In this document: piece by piece, positions 18,979 to 29,939 of the stretch | Position numbering within the stretch: the first letter of the stretch is position 1 | Layout: each line of letters opens with the position of its first letter | NCBI GenBank assembly: GCA_964537665.1 | Contig: CAZIBP010000002.1 | Coordinates: 1-58,365, forward strand | Source: an uncultured Pseudomonadales bacterium | Lineage (GTDB): Bacteria > Patescibacteriota > Microgenomatia > UBA1400 > PJMF01 | Direction of reading: 5' to 3' | DNA length: 58,365 bases | Made by a program: the position numbers and the translations under genes | Notes under the pieces: model-generated | Told to the model about the DNA's origin: nothing | Seen by the model: the letters and a program-made list of their open reading frames with translations, nothing else | The model's database searches: none

Positions 18979-20013
18979 ATGTTTAATTTTTTGAAAAACA
19001 CTCTATTGGTAATTAAAAAAAATTACAAGTTTGTATTAATTGCACTGGTGGTGCTCGTAGTAATTTTCTTTTTTTTGAGCAATAAAAATAAACAAGAAAT
19101 TAAGTTGACCTATATCTCTCCAGTCAGAAAAGATCTAGCTTCAACCATCACGATTGCTGGTCATATTGACGCCAAAGAAAAGGCTCGTTTGCGTTTTGCT
19201 GCAGGAGGTAAAGTAATTTATTTAGGTGCCAAAGAGGGCGAAGTTGTCAAAAAATGGCAAAGTTTAGCCACAATTGACCAGAGTGCTTTAAAGAAACAAT
19301 TGACTCAAAATCTTAATGCCTACATGCAAGAACGCTATGATTTTGAAAATACCAAAGATGATATTAAAGATCGAGCTATTGATACCACTGAGACTAGATC
19401 GGTGGCTCAACAACAATATGATTTGGATAATAAAGTTTTAAATGTGGAGATTCAAAACATTGCTATTGCTAATACCACCATTTATTCTCCTTTTGATGGA
19501 GTTTTAACAGTTTCTCCAACTAATGTAGCCGGAGTGCAACTTTTGGCAACTGATTATTTCGAAGTGGTTAATCCTCAAACTTTAGTTTTTCGTGCCAACA
19601 TTGACGAAATCGATATTGATCGCATTAAGAAAGGTCAAAGTGGACAAATTGTTTTAGATGCATATGATGGAGTCAAGATTGATACTTATATTTCTTATAT
19701 TTCTTACACTAGCAGTGAATCATCGAGTGGGACGGTTTTTATGATTGAATTTCCAATTGCGGAACAGAATATTGATAAATATCGTATTGGGATGAATGGT
19801 GACGCTTTTATTAAAATTGCAGAAAAGAAAAATGTTTTAACTATTCCTCTTGACGCAATAAGTGAGAGAGATGGTAAAGTTTTTGTTGATGTGAAAGCTG
19901 ATAATAAAGAACAGAAAATTGAGCGAGAAATCAAGGTTGGCTTGGAAAGTGATCAAGAAATTGAAGTGATTGAGGGTTTAAGTGAGAATGATCTGGTTGT
20001 TTTACCAGAATAA
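18979..20013 (+). CDS. Efflux periplasmic adaptor (HlyD/MacA family)
   Basis: N-terminal TM anchor, lipoyl/barrel-sandwich segments (ISPVRKDL..., IYSPFDGVLT) and a position upstream of the MacB-like ABC pair. Confidence 0.75.
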   Translation: MFNFLKNTLLVIKKNYKFVLIALVVLVVIFFFLSNKNKQEIKLTYISPVRKDLASTITIAGHIDAKEKARLRFAAGGKVIYLGAKEGEVVKKWQSLATIDQSALKKQLTQNLNAYMQERYDFENTKDDIKDRAIDTTETRSVAQQQYDLDNKVLNVEIQNIAIANTTIYSPFDGVLTVSPTNVAGVQLLATDYFEVVNPQTLVFRANIDEIDIDRIKKGQSGQIVLDAYDGVKIDTYISYISYTSSESSSGTVFMIEFPIAEQNIDKYRIGMNGDAFIKIAEKKNVLTIPLDAISERDGKVFVDVKADNKEQKIEREIKVGLESDQEIEVIEGLSENDLVVLPE

Positions 20014-20020
20014 TCATTTT

Positions 20021-20719
20021 ATGTTATTAAATTTAAGAAATGTCTCCAAAAATTATAAAATTGGTGACACCATTATTCGTGCTCTCGACGGTGTTTCGTT
20101 GCAAGTCAGAGAAAAAGAGTTTTTGGCAATTATGGGGCCATCTGGTTCTGGCAAATCAACCTTTTTGCAAGTAGCGAGTATGTTGGCTGAGCCTAGTGAT
20201 GGGGAAATTTTTCTAAACGGAATTGAAGTGTCTTCTTATAATGAAATTCAACGTGCTCATTTGCGCAACAAGCAAATTGGTTTTATTTTTCAATCTTTCA
20301 ATTTGTTAGCTCGCACTAGTGCTTTAGAAAACGTGATGTTGCCATTATTTTATGCTGGTTTCAAAACTGATTCTGATCATGCCAAAGATATGGCAAAAAA
20401 AATGTTAGAAAGAGTTGGACTAGGTGATCGTTTGCACAACACTCCAGCTCAATTGTCAGGCGGTCAACAACAGCGAGTAGCTATTGCCCGAGCTCTAATT
20501 AATGAACCAACAGTAATCTTTGCTGATGAACCAACTGGTAATCTTGATTCTAAAAGTGGTGAAGATATTAAGAAAATTCTTAGAGAACTAAACAAAGAAG
20601 GTAAAACTATTATCATGGTGACGCACGAAGAAGATGTGGCGGCCATTGCTAAGCGTCAAATTGTGTTCAAAGATGGTAAAGTTCTAAGCGACAGCGGAAA
20701 TAAAAATAAAAAATCATGA
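20021..20719 (+). CDS. ABC transporter ATP-binding protein (MacB/LolD-like)
   Basis: Walker [10 protein letters not shown], signature [15 protein letters not shown] and Walker [12 protein letters not shown]. The ATG at 20021 follows the upstream stop. Confidence 0.9.
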   Translation: MLLNLRNVSKNYKIGDTIIRALDGVSLQVREKEFLAIMGPSGSGKSTFLQVASMLAEPSDGEIFLNGIEVSSYNEIQRAHLRNKQIGFIFQSFNLLARTSALENVMLPLFYAGFKTDSDHAKDMAKKMLERVGLGDRLHNTPAQLSGGQQQRVAIARALINEPTVIFADEPTGNLDSKSGEDIKKILRELNKEGKTIIMVTHEEDVAAIAKRQIVFKDGKVLSDSGNKNKKS

Positions 20720-21930
20720 AAATTGGAGCAATTTTTACACTAGCTCTCAAATCAATTGCTTTAAATAAAAGTCGATCTTTTTTGACAATGTTAGGAGTCA
20801 TTATTGGAGTTGGCTCAGTAGTTCTTCTCACTAGTATCGGAACCGGTTTGCAAGCTTATGTTACTGACCAATTTGCCAGTTTGGGCAGCAACATTCTCTA
20901 TGTTGTTCCTGGCAACCCCTTTGGTGAGAATGGTGGCTTTGGTGGAGAACAATCAATGATTGAAAGTACGAGACCAGTTTTGAAAAGGAGATTCTACAAT
21001 CAGGTAATCAGAAACAACCGCGAACTAATTAAAGACGGAGTTGTGACGGCGATCAACATTGCTGAAGCTAAATACACCAAAACTAATAAAAAAGTAACCT
21101 TATATGCTGTGACTAGTTCATATGAAACTGTTTACAATGCTCAAGCAATCAAAGGTCGTTGGTTTACCAAAACTGAAGAAGAAAAGGCCGAAAGAGTGGC
21201 TTTACTTGGGCCAAAAATTGCTGAAGAGTTGTTTGGTCAAGTTGATCCAATTAATAAGAAAATTCAACTAAATGGTCAAAGCTACGAAGTTTTGGGTGTG
21301 CTCAAGGAAAAGGGTGGTGGTTTTGGTGGGCCAAGTTTTGATAATTATGTTTATTTGCCTCTGGAAACTTCTTTTAAATATTTTGACACAGAGTTGATTG
21401 ATTCTTTTATTTTTGAAGTGAGGGACAAAGAGCAAATCAAGGATGCGAAATTAGCAATCGAGAAAACTATGGGAAAAGAGTTAAAAGAAGATGAGTTTAC
21501 TGTTTTTGATCAAACTCAATTGTTGTCAACAATTAATAGTATTTTAGGTATGTTGACAGTTGGCTTGGGTGGTATATCTGCTATTTCTCTAGTGGTTGGT
21601 GGCATTGGCATTATGAATATTATGTTGGTTTCAGTGACTGAGCGTACTAGGGAAATTGGTTTGCGTAAGGCTTTGGGGGCTACTCCAAATTTAATTTTGA
21701 CTCAATTTCTAATTGAAGCAGCTCTTTTGTCAGTCATTGGTGGTTTGATTGGTTTATTAATTGCTTACTTAGGCTCTTTAGCTTTGCAAGCTTATTTTCC
21801 TGCCAAAGTCACTATTCAAGCAGTATTTTTAGCTTTTGGTGTTTCCACAATTGTTGGTTTGGTTTTTGGTGTGGCTCCAGCTAGAAAAGCAGCCAAACTG
21901 TCACCAATCGAAGCTTTGAGATATGAATAG
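20716..21930 (+). CDS. ABC transporter permease (MacB/FtsX family)
   Basis: N-terminal TM, large extracytoplasmic domain and a C-terminal FtsX domain with ERTREIGLRKALGA. ATGA overlap with the ATPase gene. Confidence 0.9.
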   Translation: MKIGAIFTLALKSIALNKSRSFLTMLGVIIGVGSVVLLTSIGTGLQAYVTDQFASLGSNILYVVPGNPFGENGGFGGEQSMIESTRPVLKRRFYNQVIRNNRELIKDGVVTAINIAEAKYTKTNKKVTLYAVTSSYETVYNAQAIKGRWFTKTEEEKAERVALLGPKIAEELFGQVDPINKKIQLNGQSYEVLGVLKEKGGGFGGPSFDNYVYLPLETSFKYFDTELIDSFIFEVRDKEQIKDAKLAIEKTMGKELKEDEFTVFDQTQLLSTINSILGMLTVGLGGISAISLVVGGIGIMNIMLVSVTERTREIGLRKALGATPNLILTQFLIEAALLSVIGGLIGLLIAYLGSLALQAYFPAKVTIQAVFLAFGVSTIVGLVFGVAPARKAAKLSPIEALRYE

Positions 21931-22048
21931 TTTTTTTGTAATTTAAAGATTCGCTTTTTCTGTTTTTGTGTCATTAACCATCATTACCAAACTTAGAACA
22001 AACAGAGTTCTCTGACTTTTTTTTACTAGTTTCTTGATTCATAGAATA

Positions 22049-23305
22049 TTAAATAATTCTCAATTTTTTGGCTGTTTCACTTAAGGTTTGTACAAAACTA
22101 GCAATGTCATTTTTAGTGTGAGCAGCGCTCAACTGAACTCTGATCTCATCGCGACCTTTGGGCACCACTGGGTAATTGATATTAGTAATCAAGAAACCTT
22201 TTTGATACATTTCTTTAGTTAAATCTCTAGTTTTAGCGGTATCACCAATTAAAATTGCTTGAATTGGATGAATAGAATCAGCAGCAAATTTAAAGCCATT
22301 ATTTTTTAATTGATTTTTTAAGTCGATGACATTATCTGCAAGTGTTTTTAATAAAGCTTTACCTTCTTTGGAGTCTAAAACATCTAGCGAAGCACTGGCA
22401 GCAGCAGCAGTTCCTGGTGAGATAGAATTAGAGTAGATGTAAGTAGCTGCTGATTCTCTTAAATAATCAATTACTATTTGATCGGCTACCACATAGCCTC
22501 CGTCTGCTCCAAAACCTTTACCCAAAGTGCCAGTTAGAACATCAGCTTTGGCTCCAGAAACTTCTTCGGTGCCTCGACCAGTTTGCCCAAAAGCGGCAAT
22601 GCCATGGCAATCATCAACAATGAGCAAGACACCTTCTTTAAATTTGTGATCATATTGATCAATGACTGAGCGCAAAGCTTTGAGATCTTGATATTCTCCA
22701 AGCATACTAAAAACACCATCAGTAATAATGACTGCTCTGTCAAATTTTTCAGTGTTGGAAGCTAGAATTTCACCAAGTGATTTTGAATCTAGATGTTTGA
22801 AAATTAATTTAGCCTCAGTGCTTAAATTTCCTAAGCGCACCCCATCAATAATACTGCGATGATTCAATTCATCTGAGATCACTAGGGTATTACCACTAAG
22901 CAAAGAATCTTTACTTTGACCCTTAATTAAACTAAAAATGACTGCTAAGTTGGTGGCAAAAGCCGAAGAAAAAACCATTGCGTCATCGCGACCATGAAAA
23001 GCAGCGAGTTTTTTTTCTAATTCACGATGAATGGCAAATGAGCCAGAAATAAAGCGAACTGCTCCCGGCCCTGTTCCCAATTTGGAAGATGCTTCATGCT
23101 CTGCTTGTTTGAGATGCTGATGATGACGCAAGCCTAAATAATCGTTGGAATTAAAGATGCTCACCGTTTGGCCACCAATAATGGCTTTGGGGGATGGGTC
23201 ATGATTAAAATCTTCTATTAAATGCTCAAACCTTTTAGAAATAGCGGCTTCGTCGATACGAGCAATTTCTTTTTTGAGAGAATCTAAAAATTTCAATTTA
23301 GACAT
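22049..23305 (-). CDS. kbl: 2-amino-3-ketobutyrate CoA ligase (glycine C-acetyltransferase), alpha-oxoamine synthase family
   Basis: PLP-fold motifs (DDCHG, GTLGKGFG with the Schiff-base Lys). Translationally coupled to the upstream threonine dehydrogenase gene. Confidence 0.8.
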   Translation of the reverse strand: MSKLKFLDSLKKEIARIDEAAISKRFEHLIEDFNHDPSPKAIIGGQTVSIFNSNDYLGLRHHQHLKQAEHEASSKLGTGPGAVRFISGSFAIHRELEKKLAAFHGRDDAMVFSSAFATNLAVIFSLIKGQSKDSLLSGNTLVISDELNHRSIIDGVRLGNLSTEAKLIFKHLDSKSLGEILASNTEKFDRAVIITDGVFSMLGEYQDLKALRSVIDQYDHKFKEGVLLIVDDCHGIAAFGQTGRGTEEVSGAKADVLTGTLGKGFGADGGYVVADQIVIDYLRESAATYIYSNSISPGTAAAASASLDVLDSKEGKALLKTLADNVIDLKNQLKNNGFKFAADSIHPIQAILIGDTAKTRDLTKEMYQKGFLITNINYPVVPKGRDEIRVQLSAAHTKNDIASFVQTLSETAKKLRII

Positions 23306-24242
23306 GGCTTAACCTTTCTTTAACACCCTGACATAAAGCTTGAGTCATTTTGTTTAGATCAAATTCTTCCTTCCAGCCCCAATCTTCACGAGCTTTGGAG
23401 TCGTCAATGGTTTGTGGCCAACTTTCGGCGATTTGTTGACGTTGATCTGGTTTATAGGTAATTTTGAAATCAGGAGAGATTTTTTGAATTTCAGCCACTA
23501 ATTCTGCAGGAGTGAAGCTGATGGCAGAGAAATTATAACTAGTTCTTACGGTGATTCTTTCACTTGGTGCTTCCATCAGAGCAATTGTGCCTTTGATGGC
23601 ATCATCCATATACATCATGGGCAATCGAGCATCTTCTTTGAGGAAACATTCGTAAGCATTATTTTTGATTAGACCATAAAAAATATGAATAGCATATTCG
23701 GTAGTGCCATCACCAGGTGCAGCCTTATAACCATTTAAGCCCGGATAACGCAAACTGCGCACATCAACACCATATCTTTTGAAGTAATATTGACAGAGTA
23801 ACTCACCAGTAACTTTACTAACACCATAAATTGTAGTTGGTTCTAAGCTAGTGTGCTGTGGAACATTTTGTTTGGGAGTGCTGGGGCCAAAAGCAGCAAT
23901 TGAACTTGGCCAGAAAACTTTTAGTGAGTATTCTTTTGCCAGGTCCAAAATGTTTTTAAGACCATTAACATTGACGTCCCAAGCCAAGTCTGGCTGTTTT
24001 TCGCCACCAACTGATAACAAACCGGCTAAATGGTAAACTTCTCCCACATCATATTTTTTAATCAAAGAAGCCATTGCTTCTTTATCACGTACATCACCTT
24101 GCTCCAGAATTCCTTGAAAATTATTGTTAATTGTTTGTCGACCAAGAGCAACAACCTTATCTGGACCATATTTTTTTTGCAGCTGCAAAACCAAATCACT
24201 ACCAACTAAACCAAAAGCTCCAGTTACCAAAATGCGTTTCAT
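23298..24242 (-). CDS. tdh: L-threonine 3-dehydrogenase, NAD-dependent epimerase/dehydratase (extended SDR) type
   Basis: Rossmann motif ILVTGAFGLVGS and YGVSK catalytic motif. Operon with kbl. Confidence 0.75.
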   Translation of the reverse strand: MKRILVTGAFGLVGSDLVLQLQKKYGPDKVVALGRQTINNNFQGILEQGDVRDKEAMASLIKKYDVGEVYHLAGLLSVGGEKQPDLAWDVNVNGLKNILDLAKEYSLKVFWPSSIAAFGPSTPKQNVPQHTSLEPTTIYGVSKVTGELLCQYYFKRYGVDVRSLRYPGLNGYKAAPGDGTTEYAIHIFYGLIKNNAYECFLKEDARLPMMYMDDAIKGTIALMEAPSERITVRTSYNFSAISFTPAELVAEIQKISPDFKITYKPDQRQQIAESWPQTIDDSKAREDWGWKEEFDLNKMTQALCQGVKERLSHV

Positions 24243-24325
24243 AAACACCTTTCAAAGAAAGTTCTTTAATACTAACAAAATATTAGTCGAAATTAATAGG
24301 TAGTTTCACGCAATAATTATTGCGA

Positions 24326-25252
24326 CTAGTCTTTTAATTGTAATTCTGTTTGTACTTGATTCATTTCACTGGCTTCTTTTGCTTTTTCAATTTGTTTAGC
24401 TGGATTGATAGTAGCTATTATTACGGTAGATAGTAGTAATAAAACAATTGGTCCGAAGGCGAGTAAATTCCAGCGTAATTTACGCCAACCAGTGATTTGA
24501 GGTTCAATTTCACCTTTAATTTCAACTAGATTGACGTATAAACCGTACATTAAGCGATACATGGCGCTACTAATCAGACCAATTGCTAGAATGTAAAAAA
24601 TATAACCAATTATTCCGAGAAGCGAATTAATTTCTGCCATTTTCATGTAGATAAACATAACCAAGCCGAAAGCGATAACCATGACGAGGCCAGTCAGAAA
24701 AAGTCTACCCAATACAGGCCAGAAAAAACCTCGCACATAATCTCTACTTTTAACCATGGCTTGGATGCCACCTTTTCCACTTTGCCAAGTGAAGAAAGAA
24801 AAAGCAACCCAAGTGGCAATGATGAAACCAGGAATAATAAAAGTGATTAATCCGGTGTAAAAAACAAGCATGTAAAGAATTAAAAGCCAATAGATGCTGA
24901 GACCGTCTTGCCAGCTGATTTTTTTCCAAGTTTCCCTAATTTTCTCAACTGGTGATTTGATTGCTTGCAGCTGAAGCAAGAGAAATTTGCCAGCAATGGA
25001 CAATAGAAAAAGAAGAATGGGGATAGCGAGAACAGTAATTAACAATCCATTGAAGATGTTGAGACTGAATTTGGTGATTAAACCAATAGAAACTGCCAAG
25101 CCCACAATTGCTCCGACTAAAATACTGGCACCAAAATAGATGAACATGCCATAAAGATAGGTTTTCATGAGCATTTGCCAATTGGTGGTGACGTATGATA
25201 ATTCTTCTCTGATCCAAGTAGTGATTGGTTTGAGTTTGGTGGTTTTTGACAT
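24326..25252 (-). CDS. Polytopic membrane protein of unknown function
   Basis: 308-aa ORF with ~6-7 hydrophobic helices. No recognisable catalytic motif. Confidence 0.6.
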   Translation of the reverse strand: MSKTTKLKPITTWIREELSYVTTNWQMLMKTYLYGMFIYFGASILVGAIVGLAVSIGLITKFSLNIFNGLLITVLAIPILLFLLSIAGKFLLLQLQAIKSPVEKIRETWKKISWQDGLSIYWLLILYMLVFYTGLITFIIPGFIIATWVAFSFFTWQSGKGGIQAMVKSRDYVRGFFWPVLGRLFLTGLVMVIAFGLVMFIYMKMAEINSLLGIIGYIFYILAIGLISSAMYRLMYGLYVNLVEIKGEIEPQITGWRKLRWNLLAFGPIVLLLLSTVIIATINPAKQIEKAKEASEMNQVQTELQLKD

Positions 25253-25350
25253 AGTGATTGATATTATTTTAGTTTAATTTACGAAATAATAAAGAGACAG
25301 AGCTTTTATTTATTATAGTCTTAGTTCTCATCCATATCTCATCAAAAAAA

Positions 25351-25380
25351 TAAAAAAACGGCTTTGCAGCCGTTTTTTTT
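25351..25380. terminator. Bidirectional intrinsic terminator (serves the minus-strand tRNA-Pro)
   Basis: The stem CGGC-tttgca-GCCG is flanked by an A7 run upstream and a T8 run downstream. Confidence 0.6.
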
Positions 25381-25387
25381 ATCAAAG

Positions 25388-25461
25388 TCGGAGAGACAGG
25401 ACTCGAACCTGCGACCTTACGCACCCCATGCGTACGTTCTAGCCATCTGAACTACTCTCCG
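25388..25461 (-). tRNA. tRNA-Pro(GGG)
   Basis: The reverse complement folds as a canonical cloverleaf: acceptor CGGAGAG/CTCTCCG, D arm GTTC...GAAC, anticodon arm TACGC-ATGGGGT-GCGTA, T arm GCAGG-TTCGAGT-CCTGT, discriminator A. No encoded CCA. Confidence 0.9.
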
Positions 25462-25723
25462 TTTTTAATCTGTGATAGATTTTACCCCAAATTTCTCTAA
25501 AAGAAATCAAAGAAAAGCTTGTTGCACTTCTTGTAAGTTTGTTGTTGCATAATTAATTTGGTGATAAAAAACAAAAAAGCGAAGAAAAGACAAAACTGCT
25601 AGTTAACAAAAGTGCAAAAATAGCTTACAAAAGAGACACAATAAAAACAGTTAAAGAAAGAAAGGAGTGAATAAATTTTTTGGTCATTTAGTCTCTGATT
25701 AAAAAATTAAATCACGAATAATT

Positions 25724-26764
25724 ATGGTGAAGAAAAAAACAGACGAAATTGTAGAACAAAGTGCGGAGAGTTTAAGTGATGGCAAGAGACAAGCAGTAGA
25801 AATTGCGATGCAACAAATTGACAAGCAGTTTGGCAAAGGTTCAATCATGAAGCTTGGTGAATCGCTCAAGAATATGCCTAAAATGCCAGTAATTTCTACT
25901 GGTTCACTTTCCTTAAATATGGCTTTGGGCGTGGGCGGTTTTCCAAAAGGACGAATTATTGAAATTTACGGTCCAGAAGCTTCTGGTAAAACTACCATTT
26001 GTTTGCATGCCATTGCTGAAGTGCAGAAACATGGTGGAGTGGCTGCTTTTATTGACGTTGAGCATGCTTTGGATCCCACCAGAGCAGAGAAAATTGGAGT
26101 TAATCTAGAAGAAGTTTTAATTTCACAACCAGATTATGGTGAACAAGCTTTAGAAATTGCTGAGACGTTAGTTAGGTCTGGAGGAGTTGATTTGGTCATT
26201 GTTGATTCAGTTGCTGCTTTGGTACCCAAATCAGAAATTGAAGGTGAAATGGGAGATCACCAGATGGGTACCCAAGCTCGTTTGATGTCCCAAGCGATGC
26301 GTAAACTTACGGCAGCTCTCAATAAGACCAAAACAACCATTATTTTCACTAATCAAATTCGTATGAAAATTGGAGTCATGTTTGGTTCCCCAGAAACTAC
26401 CACAGGTGGAAATGCTTTGAAATTTTATGCTTCTATTCGTTTGGATATTCGTAAAGTTGCGAATATTCAAGAAGGTGACAAAGTTATTGGTAGTCGCCAT
26501 CGTGTCAAAGTGAAGAAAAATAAAGTTGCTCCTCCATTTAGACAAGCAGAATTTGACATGAATGATTATGGTATTTCTAGAGAAGGTGATGTGGTAGATA
26601 TTGGAGCTGAAATGGGGGTTATTGAAAAATCTGGCAGCTTTTTTAAATACAATGGTGAAGTAATTGCTCAAGGTCGTGAGGCGGTCAAAGATAAATTCAA
26701 AGAAGATAAGAAATTGATGAAGGAGATTGAACAAGCAATTTGGAAGAAAATTCAAGAAGAATAA
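25724..26764 (+). CDS. recA: Recombinase RecA
   Basis: [12 protein letters not shown], Walker [10 protein letters not shown], and L1/L2 regions ([45 protein letters not shown]). Confidence 0.95.
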   Translation: MVKKKTDEIVEQSAESLSDGKRQAVEIAMQQIDKQFGKGSIMKLGESLKNMPKMPVISTGSLSLNMALGVGGFPKGRIIEIYGPEASGKTTICLHAIAEVQKHGGVAAFIDVEHALDPTRAEKIGVNLEEVLISQPDYGEQALEIAETLVRSGGVDLVIVDSVAALVPKSEIEGEMGDHQMGTQARLMSQAMRKLTAALNKTKTTIIFTNQIRMKIGVMFGSPETTTGGNALKFYASIRLDIRKVANIQEGDKVIGSRHRVKVKKNKVAPPFRQAEFDMNDYGISREGDVVDIGAEMGVIEKSGSFFKYNGEVIAQGREAVKDKFKEDKKLMKEIEQAIWKKIQEE

Positions 26765-26785
26765 ATTAAATATTCTTGTTAATTC

Positions 26786-27535
26786 TTATCTTGAACTAGA
26801 ATTAGCAACAGAATTAACCAAGATTCCAAAGCTAACCGCTACATTAAGTGATTCAGCTTGGCCATATTTAGGAATGCTGATAAATCTATCTGCCAATTCA
26901 TCAATTTCTCTAGAAGTGCCTTGTGATTCGTTGCCAAAAACTAAAGCAATTTTATCTTCTAGCTTGGTTCTTTCTTGCTTGGTACCTGCCAACTCTGGTC
27001 TGGTGACCACTACTTCAAAGCCAGCTTTTTTTAAAGATAAGAGGTCTTCTACTGGATTTTGACTGCTAATCAGAGGTATATGGAAAATAGAACCCATGCT
27101 AGAGCGGACGACTTTAGATTGATAAGGATCAGCTCCACCAAGTAGCAAAATGCCATCCAAACCAAACCAATCAGCGGTTCTAATCATGGTTCCCAAGTTG
27201 CCTGGATCGCGAATATCCTCAAGCACAGCAATAAATTTGCCTTTTTTAAGATTCTCCAAGCTATAACTTGGCATTCGCACCACTGCAGCAATTCCAGATG
27301 GAGTAACTGTCTCAGCCAATCTAGCAAAATCTCGGTCATCAACAATTAGTTTTTCTTGGTTTTCGCCAAAATCTTCTTCTAAGTTGGCGAATTGTCTAGT
27401 CATGACCAATTCAATAATTTCTTTTCCAGACGCAATCGCATCTAGTACGCCTTTTTTACCTTCAACAATAAAACAGCCGTATTCACTGCGATATTTTTTT
27501 TGATTGAGTTTAGAAAGGATTTTGAGACCAAACAT
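26786..27535 (-). CDS. SpoU/TrmH-family RNA 2'-O-methyltransferase (RlmB-like)
   Basis: SPOUT motifs DPGNLGTMIRTA, LVFGNESQGTS and IPKYGQAESLNVAVS. Confidence 0.85.
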   Translation of the reverse strand: MFGLKILSKLNQKKYRSEYGCFIVEGKKGVLDAIASGKEIIELVMTRQFANLEEDFGENQEKLIVDDRDFARLAETVTPSGIAAVVRMPSYSLENLKKGKFIAVLEDIRDPGNLGTMIRTADWFGLDGILLLGGADPYQSKVVRSSMGSIFHIPLISSQNPVEDLLSLKKAGFEVVVTRPELAGTKQERTKLEDKIALVFGNESQGTSREIDELADRFISIPKYGQAESLNVAVSFGILVNSVANSSSR

Positions 27536-27570
27536 ATTGAGCCGACTTTTTATGATATATTTTATTATAT

Positions 27571-28470
27571 ATGAAACTTGCTTATATCGGTCTTGGCAAA
27601 ATGGGTAAAAACATGGTCCTGCGTTTGCTAGAGCAAGGTATGGACATAGTTGCTTGGAATCGTTCTCCTGAGCCTGTTGCTGAAGTTGTTGCTGCTGGTG
27701 CTACTTCTGCCACTAATTTTGCAGATTTACTCAAAGCTTTGCCAGAGCGCAGAGTGATTTGGTTGATGTTGACTGCCGGTCAAGTCACTGATCAAATTAT
27801 TAACGAGTTGTTGCCACATCTAAAAAGTGGCGATTTATTAATTGATGGTGGCAATTCTTTTTATAAAGACACCGTCCGTCGTTCCAGCGAATTAGCCAAA
27901 AAAGGCATTCATTATCTGGATATTGGTGTTTCCGGCGGTCCAGGTGGGGCTAGAATTGGCGCTTGCATGATGGCTGGTGGCAATAAAGCTGATTACGATT
28001 ATGTTTTACCAATCATTAAGGCTGCTTGCTCATCAGAGGCTTATGGCTATGTTGGTGGCAGTGGAGCTGGCCATTTTGTCAAAATGATCCACAATGGCAT
28101 TGAGTATGGCATGATGCAGGCCATTGCTGAGGGTGCTGCCGTTTTAGAAAAGAGCCCTCTAAAACCAGACTTAGCTGAAGTTTTCCGTATTTATAACAAC
28201 CGAACCGTAATCGAATCTAGGTTAGTCAATTGGGCTAGAGAAGCTTTTGAGGAAAACCCAAAGCTTGATAATATCTCTTCAACTATTGCCCACACAGGAG
28301 AAGGCGAGTGGACAGTACAAGCAGCCAAAGAACTCGATATTGAAGTGCCAATTATTGAGCAATCTTTTCAAGTTAGAGTAAATTCTGCTAATGAACCAGA
28401 AAATTTCCGTAACAAAGTTGTCTCAATTTTGCGCAACAAATTTGGTCACCACAAGGCTACCAAAGATTAG
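27571..28470 (+). CDS. gnd: 6-phosphogluconate dehydrogenase, short (YqeC/Gnd-like, ~300 aa) form
   Basis: NAD(P)-binding IGLGKMGKNM, and the GGNSFY, GVSGGPGGA and GHFVKMIHNGIEYG signatures. Confidence 0.85.
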   Translation: MKLAYIGLGKMGKNMVLRLLEQGMDIVAWNRSPEPVAEVVAAGATSATNFADLLKALPERRVIWLMLTAGQVTDQIINELLPHLKSGDLLIDGGNSFYKDTVRRSSELAKKGIHYLDIGVSGGPGGARIGACMMAGGNKADYDYVLPIIKAACSSEAYGYVGGSGAGHFVKMIHNGIEYGMMQAIAEGAAVLEKSPLKPDLAEVFRIYNNRTVIESRLVNWAREAFEENPKLDNISSTIAHTGEGEWTVQAAKELDIEVPIIEQSFQVRVNSANEPENFRNKVVSILRNKFGHHKATKD

Positions 28471-28488
28471 TTTTTTGGTCAGAATTTT

Positions 28489-29925
28489 TTAAAGAGAGCA
28501 GAAACTAATTGATGGTTCAATCCAAATTCTGCCATCTTTTTCGATGATTTCGTTAGCCTCAGTTGGTCCAAAGCTACCTGGTTTATAGCTAAATAGTTTT
28601 TTACGCTGCGCAATTAGTGGGTCAATAAATTGCCACTGTGCTTCCACTTCCTCTGCGTCAACGAAGAAAGTTTGATCACCACGCAGCGCATCAACAAGCA
28701 ATCTAAGGTAAGGGTCTGGTAAATTTTCTACAGTATGCTTGTAACAATACTGCATGTATTCATTTTGAATTTTAAAATCCGGTCCAGGTATTTTGGAAGA
28801 GAAGCGAAAGACAATGCCTTCATTTGGTTGAATGCGATAGATCAACATGCTGGGATTATTTCCTCCAATGACATTAGAGAACAGATGCTTGGTTTCATTT
28901 TTGAAAATAATGGCAATTTCTGTCACTGTGCGAGCAAGCATTTTACCAGCACGAACGTAAACGGGGACACCTTTAAAGCGTTGGTTGTTAATTTGAGTAC
29001 GAAAGGCAAAAAATGTGTCACTAGTTGAATTTTTAGCAACGTCCTTTTCTTCTAAATATCCTTCATATTGACCAAAAACTAATCTATCTGTTTCTGGAAC
29101 CAGCTCTTTTAGCAAGGCAGTTCTCTTGCGAGTGACACTTTGATCATCGAAATTTTTGGGAGCTTCCATAGTAGCTAAAGCGATCATTTGCAGAATGTGA
29201 TTTTGACCAACATCCTTGAGAGCACCGACGCTGTCGTAATAACCACCACGCATGCCGATACTAAAATCCTCAGCAGCAGTGATTTGGATGTGATCAATAT
29301 TATCTTTGTTAATGAGTGGTTCAAATAAGTTATTGGCAAATCTGAAGGTCAATAAATTTTGCAGTGTTTCTCTGCCCAGATAGTGGTCAAGACGGAAAAT
29401 TTGATTCTCATCATAATAATCAGCTAATAATTGGTTTAATTTTTGAGCTGAGGGTAGATCAGAACCGATTGGCTTCTCAATGATTACTCTGACAAAGCCA
29501 CACTTCTGGTCATTGAGGCCACTTGCTTGTAGATGGTTAAAAACAGTTGGATAAAGTTCTGGATAGGTGGCTAGATAAAACATGCGGTTGGTGCAAGATT
29601 CATTTTGTTTGGTCAGAGTAGCCAATTTATCATAGAGCGCTCTTTGAGTAATATCTCCAGAGACATAGAGCATTCTATCTAGCAAATTTTTGGCCACTTC
29701 ATCTTTGATAGGATGCTGATGGTGGCGATTGGGCTTGTGTAGAACCTCATTGGAGTAGGTACGAAATTCCTCGTTGGAAAGTTCTTTGCGACCAATGCCA
29801 ATAATCGACATTTTTTCTGGTAACAAATTAGCTTCAACTAAGTCATACAATGCAGGAATTAATTTAAGTTGAGCTAAGTTGCCAGTCGCTCCAAAAATAA
29901 TAAGAGAAAAAGATTCTTCATGCAT
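28489..29925 (-). CDS. zwf: Glucose-6-phosphate 1-dehydrogenase
   Basis: IFGATGNLAQ (GxxGDLA-type), IIEKPIGSD and RLDHYLGRE active-site motifs. Confidence 0.9.
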   Translation of the reverse strand: MHEESFSLIIFGATGNLAQLKLIPALYDLVEANLLPEKMSIIGIGRKELSNEEFRTYSNEVLHKPNRHHQHPIKDEVAKNLLDRMLYVSGDITQRALYDKLATLTKQNESCTNRMFYLATYPELYPTVFNHLQASGLNDQKCGFVRVIIEKPIGSDLPSAQKLNQLLADYYDENQIFRLDHYLGRETLQNLLTFRFANNLFEPLINKDNIDHIQITAAEDFSIGMRGGYYDSVGALKDVGQNHILQMIALATMEAPKNFDDQSVTRKRTALLKELVPETDRLVFGQYEGYLEEKDVAKNSTSDTFFAFRTQINNQRFKGVPVYVRAGKMLARTVTEIAIIFKNETKHLFSNVIGGNNPSMLIYRIQPNEGIVFRFSSKIPGPDFKIQNEYMQYCYKHTVENLPDPYLRLLVDALRGDQTFFVDAEEVEAQWQFIDPLIAQRKKLFSYKPGSFGPTEANEIIEKDGRIWIEPSISFCSL

Positions 29926-29939
29926 AGGTTTTTAACAAG

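Noticed and set aside
25462-25723. 260-nt purine-rich region upstream of recA, checked for a LexA/Cheo box or riboswitch-like structure
   Set aside because: There is no GAAC-N4-GTTC or CTGT-N8-ACAG type palindrome and no stable helices. It contains only A-rich low-complexity sequence, a TTGTTGCA direct repeat and the likely tRNA-Pro promoter on the opposite strand.
26231-26755. 174-aa minus-strand ORF
   Set aside because: It is entirely antisense to recA, whose motifs are unambiguous. The antisense translation is low-complexity F/N/I-rich with no start signals.
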